Below, in pieces: positions 14,478 through 28,189 of a DNA stretch of 64,000 nt. The position numbers and the translations under genes are program-made. The notes under the pieces were generated by a model. That model was given only the letters and a program-made list of their open reading frames with translations, made no database searches and was not told the DNA's origin. Each line of letters starts with the position of its first letter. Within the stretch, counting starts at the first letter, position 1. The DNA is from Hemiscyllium ocellatum (taxonomy: Eukaryota): NCBI RefSeq assembly GCF_020745735.1, contig NC_083408.1, positions 76,228,484-76,292,483 on the forward strand. Reading direction: 5' to 3'.

Positions 14478-15080
14478 ACAGTCATAGACTTGTACAGCAC
14501 GGGAAGAGACTTTTTGACCCAATTCGCCCACGCTAACCAGGTATCTTAAATTAATGTAGTCCCATTTGGCCCATATCCCTCAAAACCCTTCCTTTTCATG
14601 CACCCATCCAGATGCCTTTTAAATGCTGTAATTGTACCAGCATCCACCGCCTTCCTGGTAGCTCATTCCATACATGACCACCCTCAGAGAAACAGCTGTC
14701 CCTCAGGTCCCTTTTAAATCTTTCCCCTCCCATCTTAAACCTAGTTCTGGACTCCCCAGGGCTAGGGAAAAGACTGTCTGCATACCCAATCCATGCCCCT
14801 CATGATTTTATAAACCATTCAGGCTCCAACACTCCAGGGAAACAGCTGCAGCCTGTTCAGCCTCTCCCTGTAGCTCAAACCCTCCAACCCTGACAACATC
14901 CTTGTAAATCTTTTCTGAACCCTTTCAAGGTTCACAACATCCTTCATATAAGAGAGAGCCCAGCATTGCATGCAGTATGTCCTGTACAGCTGCATCATGA
15001 CCTCCCAATTCCTATACTCAAAGCACTGACCAATAAAAGGAAAGCAGACCAAATGCTCTCTTCACAGTCCTACCTACTGC
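14478..15080 (-). mobile_element. CR1 LINE 3' fragment
   Basis: LERVQKRFTRML motif and the CR1 tail. Confidence 0.88.
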
Positions 15081-15084
15081 CAAG

Positions 15085-15561
15085 TTCTAAACAAACAAAA
15101 TTTATTTACAAAATTACAGAATGAAACACAAAAACAGGAAACTAAATACCGGATTACCTATCCTATCCAAATGCGACTTAATGATGCTGTTCCAAAAATA
15201 CTTGCAACAGTCCCAAAACACTCATCCCATAGCACAAACAGTAAAAAACAAAGAGAGAGCACTCAGCAGCATTTTTCACATATCTCCTGCTGTAACTGAA
15301 CTCACTAAAGTTCTAAACTGAACTTAAAAACTCCAGCTAAATGAAAGCTAGCTACACAGCTAGCTGGCCACTCCCCTTTGATTATACCAGTTTCTTTGAA
15401 GACATGAAAGTCTTAGTTTGGAGTGTTATCTGTTAGAATAAACCAAAGGACCCCAGATAAAACTTTCAAACCCAACCTAGTTGGAATCTTGGGTCATTAT
15501 AACTTCTCTGAAAAAAGGTCAAGGGCATAGTAACCTCGTAAAAAGAACCAGTATTATGACA
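15085..15561 (-). mobile_element. Probable partial solo LTR
   Basis: Minus strand begins TGTCA, with TATAA near 15383 and AATAAA near 15103. Confidence 0.38.
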
Positions 15562-15879
15562 CACTTTAAATGAAAATAATTTTACTGAACAAAAATCAAT
15601 GAATCACAACTAGCCGTTCAGTTACATTTAAAGTACAGTAAAGAAGTACTTATTTTCTAAACTAAACTTCTAACTGTTTTCTCATCTGACTTCCATCCTC
15701 AATACGAAAAAAAAGATTAACCCCTTTGTCCAAGGTCTGTACGAAGGGTTTGTATAAAGGTTGAGCGGTCTTTGGGCCTTCCACTTACATTTGGCAAGGT
15801 TCTCTTCTCAAAGTTCTCCCAACTGTGCCCAATCCAACAAGTGAGGCCCTTCAATGCATCATGTTCATGCTAGTCATTG

Positions 15880-17175
15880 AATACCTGTCCACTCGAGCCC
15901 CAATTTCCAGCATATGTTCTGTAGCCTTGTATGCTAGAGCACTTCAGGTGTTCACTTAAATACTTTTGAATGTTGTGATAGTTCCTCCTTCTACCAACAT
16001 TATGTCCTCCATTCTCTGGACAAAAACATCTTTCCTTAAATCTACACACCCTGGTCACTTACTCCTCGACTAAGTGAAAAGTTTATTTTATCTACCCTGC
16101 CTATGTCCCTTACTTGTGTACATCTCAAATCAGGCCTTTGTCAGCCTTCTCTGCACAAAAGAAAACAACCCCAGCCTCTTTCAATGCAACATTCTAACCT
16201 AGGTAACATCCTGGTGAATCTTCTCTGTACCCTCTCTACTGCATTCACATCTTTCCTAATGAGTGGTGACCAGAACTGCATTTAGCACTCTAGATGTGGC
16301 CAAACTAATGTCTTATCCATCATAACCTTCCAACTTTTGTATTCAATGCCTCATTTAATCAAGACAAGTATCCCATTTGTCTTCATTCACATTACTCATG
16401 TATCCCATTGCCATTAAGGATCTATTAAGATGCACACCAAGATTCTTCTGATCCTCTCTACTTCGTTGGAGCCTACCGTTCCTTGTGTACTCCTTACCTT
16501 ATTAGACCTCTCAAGTGCATCACTTCCATTTTTATGGATTAATTTCCATTTGCCACCATTCTGCCCACTTGACCAGCCGATCTATATCATTCTGTATTCC
16601 AAGGCTTTCCTCCTTGCCAATTACTACATTAGTTTTCAGGCAAACTGCAAATATATAGATCAAGTCTCCTATATTCATCTCTAGATTATTAATACACACC
16701 ACAAACAGCATTATTCCCTGCAGCATGCCACTGGTCACAGATTTTCAGTCACAAGCACAACTTTCATATGTCATCCTCTGCCTCTTGCCACTAAATCAAT
16801 TTGCATCCAATTTGCTAAATTGCACTGGATACCATGGGCTCATATCTTCTTGACCAATCTCTCATGAAACACATCAAAAGTCCATGTGAAATCAATTATA
16901 CTACCTTCATCTACACAATTTGTTACCTCCTCAAAACTCCATCAAACCTGGCAGAAATTATCACCATCGAATATGACATGCTAACCATTGTGGATTAATC
17001 CTCGTCTCTCCAGATAGAGATGAATTCTATCCCTAAGAAAATTTTCCAAAAGCTAAAATTATAGCTCCCTAGTCTATCCTACGATCCTTCATGATTAATG
17101 ATATCACATTAACTGTCCTCTAGTTCTCTGGTACCTCTCCTGTGGCTAGAAAGGATTTGAAAATTAATGTCAGCA
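15880..17175 (-). mobile_element. Old CR1 LINE fragment
   Basis: Decayed RT motifs (IDRLVKWAEWWQMEIN). Confidence 0.75.
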
Positions 17176-18269
17176 TCGTGGACGTAGACATCTTTGCTCA
17201 GAATAGTAATGGTTCTATGATGCTTTTATTCTGGAGTCTTGAACCTGGAACTCTTCTTAGTTGCGCTCTCACAAAAGTGTAACTCAACATTAAGGATCTT
17301 TCAGTTAACAAGAGGTTTAAACTCTTTTAGCCAGCAAACCAAATGTAATCTTTTTAAAAAAAGACACAAAGTACCTAGTTTACCAAGCCGAGTATTTATT
17401 GCTCACTACTAATTGTTCTTTAGGCGGAGCTCTGAACTGCCTTCTCGAACCTCTGTAGTCCATAATGTGTTGGTAGATACATAGTGCTACTATTAAGGCA
17501 CATCCAAGATCCTGACCCAGCAACAGTGCGGAAACAGGAGTATGATTAAGCTAAGCTGTTGTTCAACTAGTCATCCATCTGCTGTCACGATTTTGGCATA
17601 AGCCCCAAAAGACAAGGAAACTTTGGCTGCCTCTGGCACTTCCAGAGCTTAGGTTAATTCAAAGTGGTGGCAATTTCATTTATTTGACATTTCTGTAATA
17701 AAAATGAGTATCTTATGAGGCCATTTTAGAGGGGTTCTAAACATTATTGGAAGAAGTTATATTGTGTTTTGCAACGGGCTTGCTTAATTTATTTCTTTTT
17801 AAAATGTGCTCAAAACAGAACATAACCTCTCAACCAATACAAACTTCTCTTTTTAACCCTTTTGCATTTCTATTATTTTGTTCTCCCAAGCAACTAGTTA
17901 ACTTAAACACAGCAACAAGAAAGGAAGCAGGGAGAGGATATAATAAGACCAAGAATCAGGAACCCAACCTTTCAGCTTCAACCCAGCAGCAAGACAGGAG
18001 GCATGGTTTTATACCTGCAGCTTTAGGGAACTGATAATTAGGGGGAGAAAATCAGGTAGTGAAATCACAGGCAAGTGGTGGATTAATTTGTTTGTGATTT
18101 GAAAAACTTTTTTTGGAAAAGCAGATTAACTGAGAAACAATAGGAACAAGTGAAAGTCAAGGTCAATCTAATAAAGTAATATAATAAAGTAAAGTAAGGC
18201 AAGGAATTAAAGTTAGCATAAAGGAAGTTTAAAACTGATTAAGAAAAATCAAGTTTAAACTCAAGACAT

Positions 18270-19025
18270 GACAACACAGTTTAAGAGAAATGTGTGACTT
18301 GTAATATGTGGGAAGTCATGGACTGCACATATACAAGTACTTACAGCTGAAGAAATACAAGTTCAAAATCTCAATTGATTAAAAACACTGTGGCACATCT
18401 GCAAGGCTAAGAGTTAAGTAGAAAGGTGGTCACATTGCAGCTTTGGAGTTGAGAGGAAAGGAGGCAACTGAAGGCAGTTCAAGAGAAATAGGAAGATGCA
18501 GGGATCCACTGACATCCCACTCACAAACTGATTTTCCATTTCAGAAACTGATTAGAGCACTGGATCCTCAGGGGAATGCCTTTAGAGCCATGTTTGTGGC
18601 ACTGCTAGCAGGCTCATTTGTACAGCAGGGGAAGAAGAACAAAGGAGAAGTGGAGCATTCATTACTTAAGGGAATAAGTTGACGTTTCTGTGTTTGTAAT
18701 TGTGACTCCAGCATTGATGTTGCCTTCCTGTTGACAGGATCAAGGAACTCACAGAGCAGCTACAAGACATTTTTCTGGGGAGGGATAACAACCAGGGGTC
18801 ATTAGCATTGTTGGTATCAATAACATAGTGGGAAGGGAATGTGATCCTGCAATCAGAATATAGGGAGCTACATAGAAAATTAGCAAGCAAGGCCTCAAAA
18901 ATGTAGTAATCTCTGGATTACTTCTAGTATCACAAGCAAGCAACTACAGAAATAGAAGGATAAGGCAGATGAATGTCTGGGCAGAAAGATGGCACAGGAG
19001 GGAAGGCTTTAGATTTGTGGGACAA
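18270..19025 (+). mobile_element. CR1 ORF1 (SGNH esterase-like) remnant
   Basis: Decayed match to the CR1 ORF1 pattern GDS..RG..RRFC...CCLPG.R.KD..E.LQDI...VG.NDI. Confidence 0.65.
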
Positions 19026-19257
19026 GATGTAAATAAAGATGTGTGGAGCTTTTCTTGAATTCAACATGCTGCCATAGTTACGCCAACTATTCCTCATCTA
19101 ACATGAAAGCCATATTAATTGCAAGTACACCAAGTATGAAAGATAAGTGACAATCCCATTTTTAAAATACCGACATTACTTTTTTTAAAACTTGTGGAAA
19201 GTAGTGAAGTATCACGATGCCACAGACAAACTTGCTTTGCTTCCATTTTTATAGCTG

Positions 19258-19900
19258 AGTAGAGGATTGATGAGGGCAGAGCAATGGATGTAATCAATAT
19301 GGACTTCAGTAAGGCGTTTAACAAGGATTCTCACGGTAGACTGGTAAGCAAGATTAGATCACATGGAATACAGGGAGAACTAGCCATTTGGATACAGAGC
19401 AGGCTCAAAGGTAGAAGACAGAGTGGTGGTAGTGAAAGATTACCTTTCAGACTGGAGGCCTGTGACCAGTGGCATATCACGAGGATCGATGCTGGGTTCA
19501 CTGCTTTTTGTCAATTATATAAATGATTTGAATGTGAACATAAGAGTTATAGTGAGTAAGTTTGCAGATGACACCAATAATAGAGGCGTAGTGGACAGTG
19601 AAGAAGGTTACCACAGAGTACAATGGGATCTTGATCAAATGGGCCAATAGGCCGAGGAGCGGCAGATGGAGTTTAATTTAGATCAACGTGAGGTGCTGCA
19701 TTTTGGAAAGGCAAATCTGGGCAGGACTTATATACTCAATGATAAGGTCCTGTGGAGTGTTGCTGAACAAAGAGACCTTGGAGTGCAGGTTGATAGCTCC
19801 TTGAAAGTAGAGTCACAAGTAAATAGGATAATGAAGGTGGCATTTGGTATCTTTCCTCTTTTGGTTAAAACATCAAGTATAGGAGTTGAGAGGCCATGTC
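19258..19900 (+). mobile_element. CR1 RT fragment
   Basis: MDFSKAF, SKFADDT and MEFNLD motifs. Confidence 0.88.
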
Positions 19901-20203
19901 CTTAGAGGGTATGTTTGCCAATATTCCTATCAAGTAAAACAAATTATTAATATTACCACAAGACAGAGCTAGAGAGACAAAAATATACGACAGCAACAAA
20001 GAGATTTAAGTTAAAAACAGAAATAGATACTTTGAGGGAACTGTTGGATTAGTTAAAGCTTTGAAGAGTGCAGTCAACTGGAAATAAGATAATGCTAGTG
20101 CTTGGAAAAACTCAGCAATTTTTAGCACATAGGAGTGAAGCTCCTTTACCTCATGTAAGCATAAATTGTCTTAGAGGGTTCAGTGCTAGGGTCCACCAAA
20201 CAT

Positions 20204-20320
20204 GGGGGCCCTGTTGTGGTGCATTGGTAGCGTCCCTAGCCCTGAGAGACCTGAGTTCAAGTCCCATCTGCTCCAGACATGTGCAATGATATCTCTGAAC
20301 TGAAGAAATAGGAAAAATAG
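20204..20320 (+). mobile_element. Short (about 110 bp) tRNA-derived SINE; relatives near 555-655 (-), 8944-9053 (+), 39848-40040 (+) and 45062-45145 (-)
   Basis: tggtgcattgg...gagttcaagtccc..ctgctccag...ctctgaac pattern shared across the copies. Confidence 0.65.
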
Positions 20321-20367
20321 CTTTTTTTTTTAAAATGCTTGATCTGCAACCTGGCAAATGTAATCAG

Positions 20368-21304
20368 TAGTTGAAAACGTGGTGCTGGAAAAGCACAGCA
20401 GGTCCGGCAGCAACCGAAGAGCTGGAGAATCGACATTTCAGGCAAAAGCCCTTCATCAGAAATGGGCTTGAGAGTGGGTGGAGAGATAATGGGGGGGATG
20501 GTAGCTAGGAGCTCGATAGTTAGATGAAGCTGGGGGTTATAGTGATAGGTCAGAGCGGAGGATGGAGCGGACAGTTGTTAAGGAAGATGGACAGGTAGGA
20601 CAGGTCATGAGGGTAGTGCCAGGTTGTAAAGTTAGATCTGGGATAAGGTGGGGTGGTAAGGGGGAAAAAAAGAGGAACCTGGTGAAATCCACATTGATGC
20701 AGTGTGGTTGGAGGGTTCCCAGGCGGAAGATGAGGCGTTCTTCCTCCAAGTGTCCATGGAGGCGGCCCAGGATGTGCATGGCTGCAGAGTGGGAGGGGGA
20801 GTTGAAGTGTTTAGCCACTGGGCAGTGGGGTTGGTTACTGCCCCATGGCCAAACACTTCAACTCCCCCTCCCACTTCACAGACACTCATGTCCTGGGCCG
20901 CCTCTGTCGGCACAGCTTAACCACCTGATGCCTGGAGGGCGAACACCTCATCTTCCGCCTTGGGACCCTCCAACGACACTGCATCAACGTGGATTTCACC
21001 AGATTCTTCATTTTACCCTCCCCCATCATCTTATCCCAGATCCAACCTTCCAAACCAGCACTGCCCTCATGATCTGTCCATCTTCCTTCCCACCAAGCTG
21101 CTCCACCCTCCTCTCCAATCTATCACCATTACCCCCACCTTTATCTACCCATCGCAATCTCAGCTACCTTCCTCCCAGCCCCACCACCTTCCCATTTATC
21201 GCCCCACCCATGTTTCACAAGCCTCAATCTTCAGATGCTACCTGACCTGCTGTGCTTTTCCAGCACCACACCATCTCCAGCATCTGCAGTCTTCAGTTTC
21301 TCCT
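20368..21304. mobile_element. Foldback Penelope-like element (two inverted 3' ends) with a 12-bp TSD
   Basis: TSD AAATGTAATCAG at 20356-20367 and 21305-21316. Both arms encode the GIY-YIG C-terminal motif HFNSPSH...LIFRLGTLQ..CINVDF. Hammerhead core CTGATGA-agggc-tttt-gcct-GAAA-tGTC on the minus strand at 20432-20459. Confidence 0.85.
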
Positions 21305-21452
21305 AAATGTAATCAGCACTTGGGTTTGACTTGCAAATTTTATGTAGTTTATGTACTGAAATTGACTCATCAGATTGAATCACTGAAATTATTTAGTTAT
21401 CCTGGCCACCATACAACATGTAACATTGGCACTTTTTTTTGTAAACCAAGAT

Positions 21453-22328
21453 GTGGAGGAGTCAGTGTTAGATTGGGATGGGCAAAATTAAAAATCACAC
21501 AACAGGTTATTGTCCAACAGGTTTATTTGGAAGTACAAACTTTTGGAGCAGTGCTTCTTCGTCAGGTAGCTAGTGGAGCAAGATCATAGAAGACAGAATT
21601 TATAGTAAAAAAATCAAAGTGTCATTAATTGATGCAATGTATTGAACAAACCTAGATTCCTGTTAAGTATTAATCACATAGAATGGGTTGCAGGTTTTGA
21701 TTCATTAATATGTAAATCCCAGAACTTCTTTCAAGTCACATTCTTGAGATAACCTAAGGTTTTATTAAAAAAAAGGTGACATCTCAGCTCAAACAATGAT
21801 TTGAAGTTGTGAGGTTAGAGTCTGTCTGTACTCCAACCGTAAGTCAGACTGGTTCTATTTCCAAAGTAGAAATTTATAAAATGTCACATGGACTGACTGC
21901 CTGCAGGTTGTGCGCTTTTTGAACACAATAAAATGTACCTGCAAATGCTGATAGCCAAGTTCGGTACCCATGAGAATAGCCTCAACCAGGATCTTGAGTC
22001 ACCTGTAGCGTGACATGAAGCCCACTACATAAGACACAACTCTCACACATACTCTTATAAATGATCTCTCTCACAAGCTCTCTCTGAGACACATGCCTAC
22101 ACACACACACTCTCTCAGACATACACTCTGTCACACTCTCACACATTATCAAGTACACACATACACATCTATGGGGTGAATTTGCATTACAGATATATTG
22201 ATTTTTTATTATAAATTGCGTCCTATGATCCTGCCCCACTAAGTACCGATCAAAGGAACAGTGGTCCAATGGCTTGTACTTCCAAATGAACCTACTGGAC
22301 AATAACCTGGTGTTGTGAGATTTTTAAC
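21453..22328. mobile_element. Foldback PLE of a second family with a 15-bp TSD
   Basis: TTTGTAAACCAAGAT at 21438-21452 and 22329-22343. The left arm is an inverted 3' end. The right arm starts with LIAKFGTHENSLNQDL (GIY-YIG C-terminus), then a (CA)-rich tract and the terminus. Hammerhead cores in both arms are decayed. Confidence 0.8.
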
Positions 22329-24949
22329 TTTGTAAACCAAGATTCACATCATTTAAACAGTGTTATCCTACCATGAAAAAAGAAACATGAAGGCTTCACA
22401 TACATTGTTTTAAATATGCATTTTGAACGCAATTAGTATTTCGTTAGCAAAAATCTGGAGACTATGTTTTACAATCACAAAAATAAATCAAACATAGGCA
22501 ACACTAATGCAAGAATTACAACTATTTTTTCATCTTGGGAGTCCATCTTTGCCATGCCAAGGAATTCTGGCTAGTGAGTTGGCAAGATAGACTCCCAGGT
22601 AGAGGAGCTGAGCATTGGAGCTCCTCTGACAGGGGGCCATCTGCCACAGATTGACCAGTAGTCCTGAACATTTACCCCAGTTGCTCCTTGTGGAGGATCT
22701 ACTTCCCCAACGATGCAGAGTTCATCTAGGCACCTTCGGGGTCCCTTTAGGGCAATTAAAATCTCCCCTAAGGAGAATGATTTAACCATCATCAATAGAG
22801 CTATGAGGAGTTCAAAAGAAGCACATCTGCTCAGGCCCCCGCTAATATGTGACTACATTCACAAAGTGAAGCATTGCAACCCAAAACCAAACCGAGAGTT
22901 GGAGCAAACAGCCTGGGACATACTGCTTGAACCTGAAGATCTCTAGGTGAAGAGACTGCCAACAAGATAGCCACCTCACCAGAATGAGAGTCCAGGTATC
23001 AGATGTAGGCCACGCCCTGCCAATGCAGGAGCCATGTGGCTTTATCTCCTGGAGGAGCATAGGTTTCTTGCAGGAGGCTCACCATGTACTCCTGTCCTCT
23101 GAGGAACAAGAGGATGCGAAACCTGCACTGTGCCTCTCTGCTGCCGTTGACGGAGATTGGCTATGGATGCCTTTATGGCAACAATATTGTGTCTTCCAGT
23201 TAAAAGCCTCCGACTCCCAACCCCTCCACCAGATGGTGGGAGGTGATCTGGAGTCACCGGTTAGAAACAATCCTGCCTTAATCCCACCACAGGGACGACA
23301 GCAAGGGGATCCCCTACAGGGCCCACTTAGAAATTTGGCAGCACACATATGGAAACACCACTTCTAAGCTCCTTTTCATATCACAAATGATCCCAATTTC
23401 AAACTTTTTTTTTAAATTCATGAGATGTAGAGATAACTGCCAAGGTTAGCACTTACTGCCCTTTCTAATGGTCATTGAGAAGTCAACAATAAAAGTGTAT
23501 ATGCCTACTGTGCTGGTAGGGAGGGAGTTTAAGCATTTTGCCCCAGCTACAGTCAAGGGCTAGCAATGTACTTTAAGTGAGGATTGAGCACAGTAACCAT
23601 GGCTGGCACGTGGTGAGCAGAGTCCAGTAACAAAGACAAGTGTGCTAGAATTCATACACTAGTGAAACAGAAAATGCCAATGGAAAAAATGGGATAATGT
23701 CACAGCTTATAAATTAAGGGAATTATGCAAAAACACACAAATGATAAAGAAGTACTCTCTAGAGATTCACTTTTCCATGGTAACAGAACAGTACATTCTG
23801 TTGTGTTAACAGGCTGAACATTGGAGGACTGCAGATAACTATCAATGAGGAAATAACACACAATCAGCACCATTATCTACACTACTTCCTGCATCTAAGG
23901 TCTCTTCGGAATCTGAACCAGCTAACAATAATATATCAGCCTAGTTATCATTCAGTGACTGGCGAAATATTTTGGCTCCAAGGCCTGAGATAATATTATT
24001 GACTTCAGAAGATGTCTAATTTATCAATAGACTGTGTAACAACTCTCATGCATGAGTAAGATTTCTAAGTAATCAGCAATCTCTTAACAAGATTAAATAA
24101 ACAGTGATTTCCCATAAAATATTCACAGTTATTTATTTCCATCTTTTAAAGAAGTTATTTAAAATGATCTGGTAATCCACTCATTTTACTGGCACGATTT
24201 AGTTTCATATTCAAGTACTAAGTTTAGCTAAATGGTGAGAAGAAAAGGTTCCATTAATCTTCCAATTCTACACCATGTACCTTAACGACACCAAAATCTA
24301 TAAAAAATTTTAAGGAAAGTGACTTCTGAATCAATTCTAGACCTAGGTCCTGGACCCCAAACCTCATGCTATTCCTAGATATTGTAACTATTCTCAATCT
24401 TCCTACCATCAAATTCCTGACAAAAACCGCTGCACATTTTCTCTAGCAATAGTTACGGTGCCCCCTTAGGGCCCTTGATTATTTATTATTTGTGGAATAT
24501 TCTATATTCACTTCTGATATGACTCTTCAAATAATGTTATTCAAAGCAGAAGCTGTCTCAGCTTCCCCAAATATCATGAATTATCACAAAGATGTTCAAA
24601 AAGAGCACACAATTTTAGAACTACACATCCTGTGCATCAGTTTTGATCAATAGCAATGTTATTAGGGACTTTCACAACAAAGTCTAACCTGCACTTGCTT
24701 GACTCCTTTAGAACAAAGTAAAATTTCCAAGGTACACCACAGGAATAAAATTAGGTAAAATTGGACATTGAGCCACATATAAAAAAAAATTAGTAAAGAT
24801 GAAGGCAACTTTTAGGGAGAGTTTTAAAAAGAGGGGAAGAGAAGCAGAAATGTATTTAGTAAGGTACTTTCAGACCTTAGGACCTTGGTAACTGCAGTCA
24901 ATTACTGCAATATGCATTCAGTACTTTTAAAAATGATCCAACAATCTGA

Positions 24950-27317
24950 ATACAAGGTATGGAGCCTACCAGGGAGAAGGCAATTCTGGATCTGGTATTG
25001 TGCAACAAACCAGAATTGAGCAGGGACCTCGAAGTGGAAGAGCCATTGGGAAATAGTGACCATAATACAATAAGCATCAATCTGCAATTTGAGAGGGAGA
25101 GGGTACAATCGGAAGTGACAATATTTCTGTTGAATAAAGGGAACTATGGAGCTATGAGGGAGGAGCTGGCCAAAGTTCAATGGTGCAATACCTTAGCAGG
25201 GATGACAATGGAGGAACAATGGCAGATATTTCTGTGAATAATGAAGAAGTTGCAGGATCAGTTCATTCCAAAAAGGAAGAAAGATCCTAGGAGGAGGCAT
25301 GGGTGGCCGTGACTGACGAGGGAAGTTAAGGAACATATAAAAGTTAAAAGAGAAAAAGTATAACATAGTAAAGATAAGTGGGAAAACAGAGGACTGGGAA
25401 GCTTTTAAAGAACAACAGAGGATTACTAAGAAGGAAATACGCAGAGGAAAAATGAGGTATGAAGGTAAACTGGCCAAAAATATAAAGGAGGATAGTAAAA
25501 GCTTTTTTAGGTATGTGAAAGGCAAAAAAAAGGTTAAGACTAAAATTGGGCCCTTGAAGACAGAAACAGGGGAATATATTATGGGGAACAAAGAAATGGC
25601 AGAAGAGTTGAATTGGTACTTTAGATCTGTGTTCACTGGGGAAGACACAAGCAATCTCCCAGAGGTAACAGTGGCTGAAGGACCTGAACTGAAGGGAATT
25701 TATATTTGCCAGGAATTGGTGTTGGAGAGACTGCTAGGTCTGAAGGTTGATAAGTCCCCAGGGCCTGATGGTCTACATCCCATCTGAAGGAGGTGGCTCG
25801 AGAAATCGTGGATGCGTTGGTGATTATTTTCCAGAGTTCGATAGATTCGGGATCAGTTCCTGCGGATTGGAGCGTGGCTAATGTTGTACCATTTTTTAAG
25901 AAAGGTGGGAGAAAGAAAGCAGGAAATTATAGACCAGTTCGTCTGACCTCAGTAGTGGGAAAGATGCTGGAGTCTATTATAAAGGATGAAATTACGACAC
26001 ATCTGGATAGTAGTAATAGGATAGGTCAGAGTCAGCATGGATTTATGAAGGGGAAATCATGCTTGACTAATCTTCTTGAATTTTTTGAGGATGTAACTCT
26101 GAAGATGGACGAGGGAGATCCAGTAGATATAGTGTACCTGGACTTTCAGAAAGCTTTTGATAAAGTCTCACATAGGAGGTCAGTGAGCAAACTTAGGGCA
26201 CATGGTATGGGGGCAAGGTACTAACTTGGATTGAAAGTTGGTTGGCTGATAGGAATCAAAGAGTAGTGATAAACGGTTCAATTTCGGAATGGCCAGTGGG
26301 GTACCACAGGGATCAGTGCTGGGATCGCAGCTTTTTACAATATATATTAATGACATAGAAGATGATGGTATTAGTAATAACATGAGCAAATTTGCTGATG
26401 ATACTAAGCTGGGTGGCAGGGTGAAATGTGAGGTGGATGTTAGGAGATTACAGGGTGACCTGGACAGGTTAGGTGAGTGGTCAGATGCATGGCAGATGCA
26501 GTTTAATGTAGATAAAAGTATGGTTATCCACTTTGGTGGCAAGAGCAGGAAGGCAGATTACTACCTAAATGGAATCAATTTAGGTAAAGGGACAGTACAA
26601 AGAGGTCTGGGTGTTCTTGTACACCAGTCAATGAAGGTAAGCATGCAGCTACAGCAGGTAGTGAAGAAGGTTAATAGCATGCTGGCCTTCATAACAAGAG
26701 GAATTGAGTACAGAAGCAAAGAGGTTCTTCTGCAGCTGTACAGGGCCCTGGTGAGACCACACCTGGAGTACTGTGTGCAGTTCTGGTCTCCAAATTTGAG
26801 GAAAGACATTCTGGCTATTGAGGGAGTGCAGCGTAGGTTCACGAGGTTAATTCCTGGAAAGATAGGACTACCTTATGCTGAAAGACTGGAGCGACTGGGC
26901 TTGTATACCCTTGAGTTTAGAAGACTGAGAGGGGATCTGATTGAGACATATAAGATTATTAAAGGATTGGACACTCTGGAGGCAAGAAGCATGTTTCCGC
27001 TGATGGGTGCATGCCGAAGCAGAGGACACAGCTTAAAAATACAGGGTAGACCATTTAGGATAGAGATGAGGAGAAACTTCTTCACCCAGAGAATGGTGGC
27101 TGTGTGGAATGCTCTGCCCCAGAGGGCAGTGGAGGCCTAGTCTCTGGATTCATTTAAGAAAGAGTTGGATAGAGCTCTCAAGGATAATGGAATCAAGGGT
27201 TATGGAGATAAGGCAGGAACAGGATACTGATTAAGGATGATCAGCCATGATCATATTGAATGGTTGTGCAGGCTCGAAGGGTAGAATAGCCTACTCCTGT
27301 ACCTATTGTCTATTGTA
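24950..27317 (+). mobile_element. Relatively young CR1 LINE of a distinct subfamily, ORF2 from the end of the endonuclease through RT, with few lesions
   Basis: PTREKAILDLVL, LGNSDHN, KSPGPDGLHP, YLDFQKAFD, SGVPQGSVLG, KFADDTKLGG, PHLEYCVQFWSP. Tail cctactcctg..ctattgtctattgt. Confidence 0.95.
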
Positions 27318-27389
27318 ATCGTGCTACACTAGTTTGAATAAACTACAGGGTTGTTTCGCAGTATTGTTCTTTCCGAGGATGATATCCAA

Positions 27390-27905
27390 TAGCATCCCTG
27401 CTATAGGAAGGATGTTGTGAAACTTTGAAGCATGCTGAAAAGATCTACAAGGATGATTACAGAGTTGAGAATTGAGCTATACCAGGTGGTTAAATAGGCT
27501 GTAGCTATTTTCCCTAGAAGGTCAGAGGTCAAGGAGTGACCTTATAGAGATTTCTAAAATCATGAAGGGCATTGGTAGGGTCAATAGACAAGGTCTTTTC
27601 CCTGGAGTGGGCAGTACAAAACTAGAGGGCACAGGTTTAAGGCGACAGGGGAAAAGATTTAAAAGGGACTCAAGGGGCAACTTTTTCATGCAGACGGTGG
27701 TGCGTGTATCGAAACAGCTGCCAGAGGAAGTGGTGGAGGGTGGTACAGTTACAACATTTAAAAGGCATCTGGAAGGTAATATGAATAGGAAGGTTTTAGA
27801 GGGATATGGGCCGAATGTTGGCAAGATTTACTTAGGGCAGCTGGTCGGCATGGACAAGTTGGACTGAAGGGTCTGTTTCCATGCTGTACAGTTCTTTGAC
27901 TATGA
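27390..27905 (+). mobile_element. CR1 3' fragment
   Basis: End of ORF2 plus the 3' UTR. Confidence 0.88.
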
Positions 27906-28189
27906 CAATAATATGGTAAGATTAATCTGAGTTGCACCTTAACGTACTAAATAAGTGTTGCCACTGGTAAAAAAAATGCAACTTAAGTTTGTATTTAGGG
28001 TAATCATGGTTGATCAAAACTCAATGGATAGAACATGCACAGTACTTTTTCAAATTTTCTGAAATACCACTAATTTACTAGCCTAAGAAATAAAATAAAA
28101 TCACATGAAATTTGAAAATGGTCAATGCTGAGATGATCTGCATTTTCAGAAACTGAATTGTGTACTGTTGAATTTTATCTTCATTCAGA

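Noticed and set aside
20562-21589. 227-aa and 209-aa ORFs on the + strand
   Set aside because: They run across the centre of a foldback Penelope remnant and through low-complexity pyrimidine-rich sequence, with no coherent protein.
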